The notes: generated by a model not told the origin, from the sequence alone. 32,000 bases of DNA from Corynebacterium amycolatum (GCF_049243625.1 NZ_CP046975.1); one strand, 5' to 3'. Shown: positions 16,654 through 25,718, counted from the stretch's first letter. Program-made: numbers and translations.

Positions 16654-18693
16654 CTACTCGTCCGCGGAATCAGGGGTTGCGCCTTTGTCCTCGGATACAG
16701 ATTCGGTGGGGTTGTCGCTGCTGTCGAGGTCTGGGGCGGCGTCGGTAAAAATACTGGCGGGCTTCACATTTGATCGCACTACACGTCCCCGGCTCGAGCG
16801 CATTCGGCTATGTTCGGGATCCTCACCAAGCGCAGGAATCTGCTGGCCAGAATCCCCAATGTCCTCCGACTCACCAACGTTTGCCCCCATCTTTCGTGCC
16901 GTTGACCGCGAAGGCAGCGCCGTCGGATCAAGCGGTATATCCCGCGTAGGGCGCCACGACGAGCCGTCAATCGCCTGCACCACCGTGGGTTGTGCATTGC
17001 TTTGCGACGACCACTGCGAATCATCCGTGGTTGCATCCACGGTGGCAGCAGACGAGGACGAAGGAGAATCTGCGTAAACAATTTCCTCAACGTCCAGCGG
17101 CTCTTCGCCCTTGCTATTCTGCGCGCTGTGACTCTGGGCATGCCCGTTCTGTGAGCTGAGATCCTGCGATTCGTGGTTAGCAGAACCGTTGCGACGCTGG
17201 TCTGGTACCGCGTGCAAGTGCCCACGCCCGGTTCCATCCGAAATCAAGGAACCAGAGTCAACGGACTGCTCGGTGAGCTGCAAACGAGTGGGATCCCACT
17301 GATTTGTGTCCGGAGCGACAGTTTCGCCTTCCGCCGGTGGCAACCTGCGCGCAATGTCGGAGAAGTCCGACAGCGATGCCAGTGCACCGTCCCAGTCCTC
17401 TGGCACTGAATTATCAATCAGCTGAGCCAAGGACCAGGAGTTTTCGGACCACATGCGGGTAATGGCCGGGTGCACGTCGGCAAGTATGCGGGTTGCACGG
17501 TCGTCGAAGATGCGATGAATGAGCTCTGGGTCGGTAGCTGCGACTACCAGGCCGGCTTCGGTGGCTACGTGAGGCAGCGTCGTGCCGCCGCTGCGGCGCA
17601 GCTCGAAAACCTCATCGCTGGATACAGAGCGGCGGATGGCGATGGTGGTGATGCCACCGACATCGGCGAGGTGCATTTCCCGGCCAAAGGCGAAACCGGA
17701 GACCACGGCCTTGGCATCGCCGTCTGGCGTGCGCTGCCAGTACGACGGCAGCTCATGGTCCACACGGTTGTAGACAGAATTACGTTCCTGCGCCCAGGCC
17801 TTCCGCAAGTGACGCACCCGGCGACCGCTGATACGTCGACGGACAGGAGCCACTGACTTCTGCTGGGCGCGCTGCGGTTGCGCGCGCTGGGTGGGCTCTG
17901 TGGGCTGGGCGGGTTGGGTGACCTGAGTGGCCTGGGCGTGCGCCGCAAAATCGGATGATTGCGGCACTTCGCCGGTCTCGGTATTTTCGACCGACGCAGC
18001 CTGGAATTCTGTACCGTCAACAGTTCCAGTGCGAGCGTCAGCAGCGGTGGTGCTGTTGGCCTCTGTGGCACTGGTGTCGCCCACTAAACCTGTCTCGGGC
18101 TCATCCACGGTATCAGTATCTTCGGCAGTCACTGACTCGGCTGATTCCGCGCCAGACCCTGTGCCAAACTCCGTGCCGGACTCCGCGTCACTTCGGAGAG
18201 ACCCGTCCGTTCCCGCATTCAGGTCAGCTGCTGTTCCCGATGTTTCGGAAGCCCCCGAGTTTTCTGTTGCTTCGGACATTTCAGCAGGGGCCGCCGATTC
18301 GATTCCCGAGACAGATTCAGGCTCCGCCGGCATCATTTGCCCAGCTGAAGTACCCAGTTCTATCGTCGAAAACTCAGTTTCAGGGTCAACTTCAGCGGCA
18401 CCATCAGTCTCAGCGACAACCTCAGAGTCAGCGCCAGCTGCGACATTCGGTCTCACCACAGAAGCTGTCTCAGAGCTGCCCTGCTCTGAAGAATCCGGCT
18501 GTTCGGGCACAACATCTTCTGCCGCCACACCGGTTACTTCGCCGGCGAAGTCCGAGGGCTCGTCGTAAAGCGATGGCGACGAAGGAGACGCCACAGCAGT
18601 CTCACTTGTGCTGCGACGGCGGCGGTCGACAACGAACAGCGCGACTGCGGCGATGATGAGGATCGCTGCGAGGGTGAATACTAGGGGAATCAT
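16654..18693 (-). CDS. Membrane-anchored, largely disordered acidic protein with one central globular region (hypothetical)
   Basis: 679 aa with AGGAGA SD. A single N-terminal TM (MIPLVFTLAAILIIAAVALFVV) is followed by RRRR. About 270 aa of E/S/T/A/G/D-rich low complexity follow, then a Q/P/T repeat (TQVTQPAQPTEPTQRAQPQRAQQ) and a basic patch (RRRISGRRVRHLRK). Next is an approximately 170-aa non-repetitive segment, then a disordered S/D/Q-rich tail of about 200 aa. It occupies the pyrE-adjacent slot held by a 'conserved secreted protein' in related genomes (recall). Confidence 0.6.
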   Translation of the reverse strand: MIPLVFTLAAILIIAAVALFVVDRRRRSTSETAVASPSSPSLYDEPSDFAGEVTGVAAEDVVPEQPDSSEQGSSETASVVRPNVAAGADSEVVAETDGAAEVDPETEFSTIELGTSAGQMMPAEPESVSGIESAAPAEMSEATENSGASETSGTAADLNAGTDGSLRSDAESGTEFGTGSGAESAESVTAEDTDTVDEPETGLVGDTSATEANSTTAADARTGTVDGTEFQAASVENTETGEVPQSSDFAAHAQATQVTQPAQPTEPTQRAQPQRAQQKSVAPVRRRISGRRVRHLRKAWAQERNSVYNRVDHELPSYWQRTPDGDAKAVVSGFAFGREMHLADVGGITTIAIRRSVSSDEVFELRRSGGTTLPHVATEAGLVVAATDPELIHRIFDDRATRILADVHPAITRMWSENSWSLAQLIDNSVPEDWDGALASLSDFSDIARRLPPAEGETVAPDTNQWDPTRLQLTEQSVDSGSLISDGTGRGHLHAVPDQRRNGSANHESQDLSSQNGHAQSHSAQNSKGEEPLDVEEIVYADSPSSSSAATVDATTDDSQWSSQSNAQPTVVQAIDGSSWRPTRDIPLDPTALPSRSTARKMGANVGESEDIGDSGQQIPALGEDPEHSRMRSSRGRVVRSNVKPASIFTDAAPDLDSSDNPTESVSEDKGATPDSADE

Positions 18694-18898
18694 TAATCTC
18701 CTAGCTTAAGCCAGAAGCCGTTCTATTTGGTCAGCGACAATATGCCGTCCCCCGTCTGGCGCAATGCCAATGCCCGAGGCGAGAGCGTACAGGACTCTCT
18801 AGAACCGTAAGGGCGAGGGGAAATATCCACATGGACGACACATCAGGGGTTCCCTGGGGGGGTCGCCCTGCCCCGGACACATGCGAGTCCGGCGCCGC

Positions 18899-19729
18899 TT
18901 AGAAACGGACGATAGGCAGGCTCGGATTGCCAGCCCACTGGGACCAGCCTCCGACATACAGCGAGGCGTCAGTAATGCCCGCTTCTTCCATGGCCTGAAT
19001 GAACAGTGAGGAATGAAGACCGGAACCGGAGTAGACCGCTACATTACGACCGGCTTCGATACCGACGGAGACAAAGCGCTCACGGAGCTGCTCAACAGGC
19101 AGGAAGGAGCCGTCGGCATTTTGCAGACTGCGAGCCGCCAGGTTCACGGCACCCGGGATGTGACCTGCCTGCAGATCGACGCGCTCACTGCGGCCTTCAA
19201 AGCGGCTGGGCTCACGCGCATCCACCAAAATTCCACGTTCAGACCAGGTGCGTACGTCGTCGAGGCTGGCAACAGGCATATTGCCCTCGCTCACCGCAAT
19301 CGTTCCAGGCTGCGGCAGATTGCCGGGACCGAAGGCAGTCTCGTTTCCATCTGCTTCCCAAGCAGCTAACCCGCCGGTGAGGACACGCACATTCTCCAGA
19401 CCCGCCCAGCGCAGAATCCACCAAGCACGTGACGCGAACAGCCCATCGCCCGCGTCGTAGACGATCACCAGATGCTCCGAGCGGACTCCCCAACGACGGA
19501 CGGCATCGCGCACACGCTCGATATCCGGCAGCGGGTTGCGACCAGCTTCTCGGCTGGGAACACCCGCTAGATCCAACTCGGGATCACAAAACACGGCCAG
19601 AGGGATGTGAGCCGTAGCGTAGGAGTCATATGGTTTTTTAGCGCGCGACCAGCGTGCGTCAACGACGACGATGCGACCGCCACCGGCAATCTTGTCACGA
19701 AGCTCTTGTACCGAGATGGATGTTGTCAT
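18899..19729 (-). CDS. Two-domain rhodanese-like protein (sulfurtransferase family) lacking the catalytic cysteine
   Basis: 276 aa with tandem rhodanese architecture: N-domain ...VIVYDAGDGLFASRAWW.LRWAG...V..L.GG..AWE, C-domain ...GHIPGAVN...VAVYSGSGLHSS...LYVGGWSQW. The active-site loop reads SGSGLHS where MST/TST enzymes have CGSGVTA or CRxGxRS. The Ser codon TCC corresponds to plus-strand 19028-19030. Confidence 0.8.
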   Translation of the reverse strand: MTTSISVQELRDKIAGGGRIVVVDARWSRAKKPYDSYATAHIPLAVFCDPELDLAGVPSREAGRNPLPDIERVRDAVRRWGVRSEHLVIVYDAGDGLFASRAWWILRWAGLENVRVLTGGLAAWEADGNETAFGPGNLPQPGTIAVSEGNMPVASLDDVRTWSERGILVDAREPSRFEGRSERVDLQAGHIPGAVNLAARSLQNADGSFLPVEQLRERFVSVGIEAGRNVAVYSGSGLHSSLFIQAMEEAGITDASLYVGGWSQWAGNPSLPIVRF

Positions 19730-19799
19730 AATCCTGGATTCTAAATCGATTGACTTGGTAGCGCGATATGTACGTTATTAAAACTAGGAGCTCGGGAAG

Positions 19800-20154
19800 A
19801 TGTCTGAAGATGCTGCCCACCTGGCCGTTTTCATCTCAAACGCAGGCCATGGAATCGGCCGTGCCACCGCAGAAAAACTGCTTTCCTGCGGCTAAACCGT
19901 CGGAGTTGTTGACGTCTCTGCTCGAAAATGTCAGCACTGACGGCACCAAGCGCATGGGTATTCGCATCACACCAGCTGATGTCGCCAACGCAATCGTCGA
20001 CTGCATCAACCAGAAACAGGGCACGATTACTAAGGCTGACTTCCCCGTCAGCCTGCCGACAAAACTGCTGCACTATGCCGCCAGCGTCGGTGCCCCTTTC
20101 CTCAACCGCTTCATTAATGCAAAGCTGACTACGAAACGGAAGATCAGCCTCTAA
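19800..20154 (+). pseudogene. Decayed short-chain dehydrogenase/reductase (SDR) remnant
   Basis: ATG 19800 has a strong AGGAG SD (19785-19789) and encodes MSEDAAHLAVFISNAGHGIGRATAEKLLSCG, a Rossmann TGxxxGIG-like N-terminus. It then hits TAA at 19893-19895. The same frame continues TVGVVDVS... and stops again. A different frame (ORF-track 19768-20154) carries an SDR-like C-terminus (GIRITPADVANAIVDCI...LPTKLL...P). The roughly 130-aa catalytic core (NNAG, YxxxK) is absent. Confidence 0.5.
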
Positions 20155-20170
20155 GCCAGGACCCCGCTCC

Positions 20171-21718
20171 CTACCCGACTACCCACCGGGATCCTGTCCC
20201 GTCTCGCCATTGCCATCCGCTGTGTCCCCCCGCCCGTTTCTCTCGCGCTTTACGACGCAACCAGCGCCCCGGACTATCGAACGTATCGGGGTCCTCATTG
20301 GATTCCGCTTTTCGGTTTCCTTCCTTGCCTTTCGGGGCCACCCAGACCACACGATTAGTAGAGGCCGGCTCGCACTCCCCACTACCCCCGTCCCCTTCGT
20401 CAGTTCCTAGAATCGCCGGCACCTCATCCGGCCGAAGCGTCCACCAAGCATTTTCATCACATCGAGCATCATCGATCTTTCGATGCGTACCCGGATCAAC
20501 CAACGTGAGATTATCCAGATCAGTGCCACCACCGGAAGACCACGACTGCACATGGTGAACATCACACATAGCTCCCGGAGTGCCCACGCCCGGCGCGGAG
20601 GAGCCTCCTTCCTCTCCAAGAAGGGCCAGATACTGTGGCAAAGTCCCCAGCCTGCGGGACCGACCAAAGTACAAGGTCTGTCCCTCATTCCCCAAGACTT
20701 GGAGGAACGAATTTCTATCAACCATCTGTTGCACGGCCTGACTAATGGAAATTCGCACTCCCGCATCAGAGACCGCTTTGCCCGATCCAGGAAGTACAAA
20801 ATCTTTCCCATCAGGCAAGGAGACTCCAGCTAGCGCTGCCACATCTGCGATATGCGCGACGGTGACCACCGATGTCGTCCCCCGCGCCGGCTGAAGGTCA
20901 CCGCCTGGTTGAAAGCCCCCATTCACCGCCGCTTCCACGGCATCATGAAAACGCTGCTCCGGATTCCGCTGGTCATCGGCACCTTCTTCGAGTAACCCGC
21001 CAGGGCGCGCATGATCCGCCTGCAGCCTTTTGAGCACCGCTGCAAACGAAGGCGTAACCACACCGCTCAACCGGCTCATGCCGTCCGGCCCCTGAGCACC
21101 GATTTTTAGGCTTCGTTTCCGAGCGCGGTCCTCATCCGTATACGGGTCATCAACCCCCAACATCGCCCGCAGGCGGTTCGGCAATTTATTGAGATCATCA
21201 ACACGGATTTTGTCCACTAAATCTGCAATGTGCTTGTCCAGCAGCCTAGACAGCTGTGCATGCTCCGTTGCCGGCAGCTCACGAACGGCTTTGTCAATCT
21301 TCGAAACAGCATCCGCACCGACAACACCTTCCTCAACTTTCTGACGAAGGTTCGGCATTCGCACATCCTCATTCGCCGGAGCAAACGGATCAACATTCCT
21401 ACTCAGGCGCCCTACGACGTTGATACGCTGCCTCGCTTCTGCTCGCGAGATTCGCATCTCCTGCGCTAGCCACGCAATCTGTCGATGCTCCGCGCTGGGC
21501 ATCCGCCCCTTCATGGTCTCCACATAAGTCGCATCAATTACTGCGAGTCGTTTTCGCGCTTTCTCAATCGACTTATATGCATCGTGCGCATGATCCGGCG
21601 CAAGTACTTCGAAGTTCTCTACGATGACTGTCGACAGAGCTTCAAACTGCGCAACCGCATCTAAAACCTGAGATGTCGAAAGCGGTCCACTGCCATTTGG
21701 CACCGATGGTGTAGACAT
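20171..21718 (-). CDS. DUF222-type HNH endonuclease family protein (mycobacterial 13E12-repeat-like)
   Basis: About 515 aa from ATG 21718 (GGGGGAA SD). The long helical N-terminal region is typical of DUF222. The C-terminal HNH block is MCDVHHVQSWSSGGGTDLDNLTLVDPGTHRKID, in which His-His, Asn and His are retained but most zinc-ligand Cys residues are not. Arg/Lys/Trp-rich tail. Confidence 0.8.
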   Translation of the reverse strand: MSTPSVPNGSGPLSTSQVLDAVAQFEALSTVIVENFEVLAPDHAHDAYKSIEKARKRLAVIDATYVETMKGRMPSAEHRQIAWLAQEMRISRAEARQRINVVGRLSRNVDPFAPANEDVRMPNLRQKVEEGVVGADAVSKIDKAVRELPATEHAQLSRLLDKHIADLVDKIRVDDLNKLPNRLRAMLGVDDPYTDEDRARKRSLKIGAQGPDGMSRLSGVVTPSFAAVLKRLQADHARPGGLLEEGADDQRNPEQRFHDAVEAAVNGGFQPGGDLQPARGTTSVVTVAHIADVAALAGVSLPDGKDFVLPGSGKAVSDAGVRISISQAVQQMVDRNSFLQVLGNEGQTLYFGRSRRLGTLPQYLALLGEEGGSSAPGVGTPGAMCDVHHVQSWSSGGGTDLDNLTLVDPGTHRKIDDARCDENAWWTLRPDEVPAILGTDEGDGGSGECEPASTNRVVWVAPKGKEGNRKAESNEDPDTFDSPGRWLRRKAREKRAGGHSGWQWRDGTGSRWVVG

Positions 21719-21945
21719 TTCCCCCACCCCCTTTTTAAAACGCTAGCAATCCGAATCCCCAAATGGACTAACTAATTTCCCTCCCCCACATTATCGCACA
21801 CCCATTCGGCGCCCCACAACCCCTCAGCCAACTTTTTCGAATCTTTTTCCGAAACACTGCCGCGCTTCCAGAGCTTGAATACCCCACCATCCGCCCTAAA
21901 AACCCGACCAACCCGCCCCCCAAAAAAAGAACTGCACCCGAAAGC

Positions 21946-22593
21946 CTAAAACCGCACCACCATCACATCGTGGTCCGGGAAGCTCGAGCGCCCCACTAGC
22001 TCAAACCCCGCCTTCACATAAGCTTTCGCCGCCCGCGGGTTGGCATCATGGACAGCCAGACTAACCCCCGGGTACCCCAGCTCACGCGCATACTCAAGAA
22101 GCCCCGCAATCATCGGCTGCGACAGCCTGCGTCCGACCACACCCGGACGCAGCGCAATCGCTACTTCAGGAATCCCATTTTCCACAAAACCGTACCCCGG
22201 ATCGTCCTTCGTAAACGTACGCAGCCAGGCCGCCCCCACCGGCACTTCATAGCCCTCGCATTCTTCGCTTGACGACGAATCCCCGCGCTCCAACCATTCC
22301 GCCTTAATGGCGGCCGCGCTGTAGGCGACCTCGCGAGAAACTCTCGGCTCAAATGGGTCAGTGCGGGTCATGTCGCTACTGAGCGACTCGAGGTCAGCGT
22401 CGTCAAGCGAAGTGGCGAAAAGGATAACCCCGCCCTGACTCGCATCCCATTGGTCGACGTATTGGCGCCTCGTGACTACATAATCTTCCGGCAGTGGCTG
22501 ACTTTCATCTCCGAACGTTTCCGTTAGTTCGTCCATCCAGGCAATGAAGGGGCGGTCGGAGTCTGTCGCTGGTCGCCACTGAAAGTTAGTCAT
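21946..22593 (-). CDS. GNAT-family N-acetyltransferase
   Basis: 215 aa. The acetyl-CoA motif A region is IALRPGVVGRRLSQPMIAGLLEYARELGYPGVSLAVHDANPRAAKAYVKAGFELVG (Q/RxxGxG/A-like VGRRLS). An acidic insertion of about 60 aa lies between the N-terminal strands and the core. Confidence 0.8.
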   Translation of the reverse strand: MTNFQWRPATDSDRPFIAWMDELTETFGDESQPLPEDYVVTRRQYVDQWDASQGGVILFATSLDDADLESLSSDMTRTDPFEPRVSREVAYSAAAIKAEWLERGDSSSSEECEGYEVPVGAAWLRTFTKDDPGYGFVENGIPEVAIALRPGVVGRRLSQPMIAGLLEYARELGYPGVSLAVHDANPRAAKAYVKAGFELVGRSSFPDHDVMVVRF

Positions 22594-22688
22594 ACTTGCG
22601 CACTATACCGGCACACTCCAGACCGACCGGAATGCAACAAGCCCACACGATCGGCCGCAGGGGACATAAACCCGGACAACAAAAGCAC

Positions 22689-22730
22689 AAAAAAGGGGCG
22701 GTTCAGGAGAAAACTCTCCCAAACCGCCCC
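22689..22730 (-). terminator. Rho-independent terminator of clpB
   Basis: The minus strand reads GGGGCGGTTtgGGAGAgtttTCTCCtgAACCGCCCC followed by TTTTTTGTGCTTTT. The 9-bp outer stem (22695-22703 / 22722-22730) encloses an inner GGAGA/TCTCC stem, and the T6 run corresponds to plus-strand A 22689-22694. It lies 50 nt downstream of the clpB stop. Confidence 0.85.
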
Positions 22731-22779
22731 AACAAACGGACAGCCTGCTGAACAGGCATCGCCCTGAGGATTGGGAGCC

Positions 22780-25359
22780 CTAGCCCCGGGCTACGCCATC
22801 CTCACCATAGCCGACAACCTTCAGCGACTCACCATCGTCAGCAACCGTAACCTCTACTCGGTCACCATCGCGAACATCGCCCGCGAGCAGTCGACGTGCC
22901 AGCTCATCGCCGATTGCCTTCTGCACCAGGCGACGCAGCGGACGGGCACCATAGGCCGGGTCGTAGCCGCGCTCCGACAGCCAATCCAGTGCCCCATCCG
23001 AGACATCCAGCACCAGACGACGTGCAGCCAAACGCTCCGCCAGGTTGCGAACCTGAATGTCCACAATGCCGCGCAGCTGCTCGGAGGTCAGCGGATCGAA
23101 GATCACTACATCGTCGAGACGGTTGATGAACTCCGGCTTGAAGGCCATCTTGACCGCATCCATGATCTGTTCATGCGTACCACCAGCACCGAGGTTGGAG
23201 GTGAGAATCAGAATCGTGTTTCGGAAGTCCACGGTTCGCCCCTGACCATCAGTCAGGCGCCCCTCATCGAGCACCTGCAGGAGCACATCGAACACGTCCG
23301 GGTGAGCCTTCTCAACCTCGTCGAAAAGCACGACGGTGTACGGACGGCGACGAACAGCCTCGGTGAGCTGACCGCCAGCGTCGTAGCCGACGTATCCGGG
23401 AGGGGCACCAATCAGACGAGCGACAGAGTGCTTCTCGCCGTACTCGGACATATCGATGCGAACCATCGCACGCTCATCGTCGAAGAGGAACTCCGCCAGC
23501 GCCTTGGCCAGCTCCGTCTTACCAACGCCAGTTGGACCGAGGAACAGGAAGGAACCAGTCGGACGGTTCGGATCGGCAACACCCGCACGCGAACGGCGGA
23601 CAGCATCGGAGACAGCCTCCACAGCGGCATTCTGACCAACGACGCGACGGCCGAGGTTGCGCTCCATTTCCAGTAGCTTCTCGGTTTCGCCCTGCATCAT
23701 CTTGCCAGCCGGGATACCCGTCCAGGCGGAGACAACCTCAGCGACTTCCTGAGGCGTGACCTCCTCCTTGAGCATGGAGTTTTCCTCTGCGTCAGCGACC
23801 GATTCCTCGGCGGTCTCCAGCTTCTTCTCCAACTCAGGAATGCGCCCGTAACGCAGCTCTGCGACGCGCCCGTAGTCACCTTCGCGCTCAGCCTTTTCGG
23901 ACTCAGTGCGCAGGGCATCGAGCTCTTCGCGAACGGAGCGAACATCATCAATCGAGGACTTCTCGTTCTGCCAGCGAGTCTTCAGAGCGTTGAGCTTCTC
24001 ACGCTCATCTGCAAGTTCCTCACGGAGCTTGTCCAGACGCTCCTTCGACGCGATGTCAGTTTCCTTCTCCAGGGCCATTTCCTCGATTTCGAGGCGGCGC
24101 ACAATACGTTCCGCGGAGTCGATTTCCTCCGGCGAGGAGTCAATCTCCATACGCAAACGCGATGCGGCCTCATCCACCAGGTCGATAGCCTTATCCGGCA
24201 GGAAGCGGGATGTGATGTAGCGATCCGACAGCGTTGCTGCCGCGACTAGCGCGGAGTCCTGGATACGAACACCGTGGTGGACCTCGTAGCGTTCCTTCAG
24301 GCCACGCAGAATGCCAATGGCGTCCTCAACGCTCGGCTCACCGACAAAGACCTGCTGGAAACGACGCTCCAGCGCAGCATCCTTCTCGATGTACTTGCGG
24401 TACTCATCCAGAGTCGTCGCACCGACCAGGCGCAACTCACCACGAGCCAGCATCGGCTTAATCATATTGCCCGCATCCATCGAGCCATCACCTGTGGCAC
24501 CAGCGCCAACGATGGTGTGAATCTCGTCGATGAAGGTAATAATCTGACCGTCGGATTCCTTAATCTCGTCCAGAACCGCCTTCAGGCGCTCCTCGAACTC
24601 ACCGCGGTACTTCGCACCGGCGACCATGGAACCTAGATCCAGGCTCATCAGCGTCTTGCCCTTCAGGGATTCCGGCACGTCACCTGCAACAATGCGGCGT
24701 GCGAGCCCTTCTACAATGGCCGTCTTACCAACGCCCGGCTCACCAATGAGCACAGGGTTGTTCTTGGTGCGACGACTTAGGACCTGAACCACGCGACGAA
24801 TCTCCGCATCGCGGCCAATAACTGGGTCAATCTTGCCCTCACGTGCCCGCGCGGTTAAATCCGTCGCATACTTTTCCAGAGCCTGGTACTGCTCTTCTGG
24901 ATTTTCCGTTGTAACCTTCCTCGATCCACGCACGCTAGTCAGCGCGCCCTTTAATGCCTCGGCAGTAGCGCCCGCCGACTGCAGCACAGTTGCCGCCTCC
25001 GACTGGCCAGTTGCTACACCGATAAGCAGAATTTCCGTGGAGACATACTCGTCTCCAAGCTCACCCGCCAGCTCCTCCGCAGCGTTCAACGCATTAACAG
25101 CATCCCTATTAAACTGCGGGTTCGCCATATTCGCCCCGCTTGCCGACGGGTACCCAGCGACCAGCTCCTTAGCGCGGGTCAAAACCCCGGAAGGATTAAC
25201 ACCCGCTGCCTCAAGCAGCGGAGCCGCAATACCCTCCTTTTGCTCCAGTAGCGCTACCAGAATGTGCCCAGGCCGGATATCCGGATTACCTGCGCTGGTA
25301 GCGGCCTTCATAGCTTCCTGGAGAACTTCTCCAGTCTTAGTTGTTGGTGTAAAACTCAT
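22780..25359 (-). CDS. clpB: ATP-dependent chaperone ClpB (Hsp100 disaggregase)
   Basis: 859 aa with two AAA+ modules: Walker [16 protein letters not shown] and [15 protein letters not shown], and Walker B ITFIDEIH and [11 protein letters not shown]. It also has a long coiled-coil middle domain and an N-terminal Clp_N repeat. Confidence 0.98.
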   Translation of the reverse strand: MSFTPTTKTGEVLQEAMKAATSAGNPDIRPGHILVALLEQKEGIAAPLLEAAGVNPSGVLTRAKELVAGYPSASGANMANPQFNRDAVNALNAAEELAGELGDEYVSTEILLIGVATGQSEAATVLQSAGATAEALKGALTSVRGSRKVTTENPEEQYQALEKYATDLTARAREGKIDPVIGRDAEIRRVVQVLSRRTKNNPVLIGEPGVGKTAIVEGLARRIVAGDVPESLKGKTLMSLDLGSMVAGAKYRGEFEERLKAVLDEIKESDGQIITFIDEIHTIVGAGATGDGSMDAGNMIKPMLARGELRLVGATTLDEYRKYIEKDAALERRFQQVFVGEPSVEDAIGILRGLKERYEVHHGVRIQDSALVAAATLSDRYITSRFLPDKAIDLVDEAASRLRMEIDSSPEEIDSAERIVRRLEIEEMALEKETDIASKERLDKLREELADEREKLNALKTRWQNEKSSIDDVRSVREELDALRTESEKAEREGDYGRVAELRYGRIPELEKKLETAEESVADAEENSMLKEEVTPQEVAEVVSAWTGIPAGKMMQGETEKLLEMERNLGRRVVGQNAAVEAVSDAVRRSRAGVADPNRPTGSFLFLGPTGVGKTELAKALAEFLFDDERAMVRIDMSEYGEKHSVARLIGAPPGYVGYDAGGQLTEAVRRRPYTVVLFDEVEKAHPDVFDVLLQVLDEGRLTDGQGRTVDFRNTILILTSNLGAGGTHEQIMDAVKMAFKPEFINRLDDVVIFDPLTSEQLRGIVDIQVRNLAERLAARRLVLDVSDGALDWLSERGYDPAYGARPLRRLVQKAIGDELARRLLAGDVRDGDRVEVTVADDGESLKVVGYGEDGVARG

Positions 25360-25401
25360 AACTTGCGCCCCTTTGACTCAACTTTGTCATTCACTACCCA
25401 T

Positions 25402-25427
25402 AACGCATTCAGCCTTGAGTCTGTTCC
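25402..25427 (-). promoter_or_regulatory. Candidate SigH/ECF-type promoter (GGAAC-N17-CGTT) for clpB
   Basis: The minus strand reads GGAAC (plus 25423-25427), a 17-nt spacer, then CGTT (plus 25402-25405). This matches the GGAA...GTT architecture of actinobacterial SigH-type heat and oxidative-stress promoters and overlaps the HAIR site. A sigmaA-type -10 TAAAAT (plus 25440-25445) lies just upstream. Confidence 0.4.
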
Positions 25428-25434
25428 ACTCAAC
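25414..25434. promoter_or_regulatory. HspR-associated inverted repeat (HAIR) upstream of clpB
   Basis: CTTGAGT-ctgttcc-ACTCAAC matches the HAIR consensus CTTGAGT-N7-ACTCAAG at 13 of 14 positions and lies 55-75 bp upstream of the clpB ATG. A weaker second copy (minus strand GTTGAGT-caaaggg-GCGCAAG, 25362-25382) abuts the RBS. Confidence 0.75.
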
Positions 25435-25718
25435 TTCAAATTTTACAATTTCATACTGTGATTCACGCCACATCCACAGCGAAAAGGATTGCGCTCGGCA
25501 GCGTCGTTAAGCGCAGTAGCGCACCGGAAAGCACTAGAAAACATTGGAGAGCTCCAGAAACCACGTGCGGACACACTCCGACACACCGCCCAACGCCCTC
25601 ACCAGCGCACTCCAGCCTGATTCGACTTCCCCCATGTGAGTGATGGGCGGGCAGCGCACTCATACTGTTTTGGTTACCCTGGTAGATGACATTCCTTCAT
25701 TCTCACGAAAGGACTCGA

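Noticed and set aside
21837-21852. SOS-box-like sequence TCGAATCTTTTTCCGA upstream of the HNH gene, compared with the Corynebacterium LexA consensus TCGAAMANNTGTTCGA.
   Set aside because: Only about 10 of 14 informative positions match, the right half-site is TCCGA rather than TTCGA, and the central TGT is missing. This is too weak to call without a scoring matrix.
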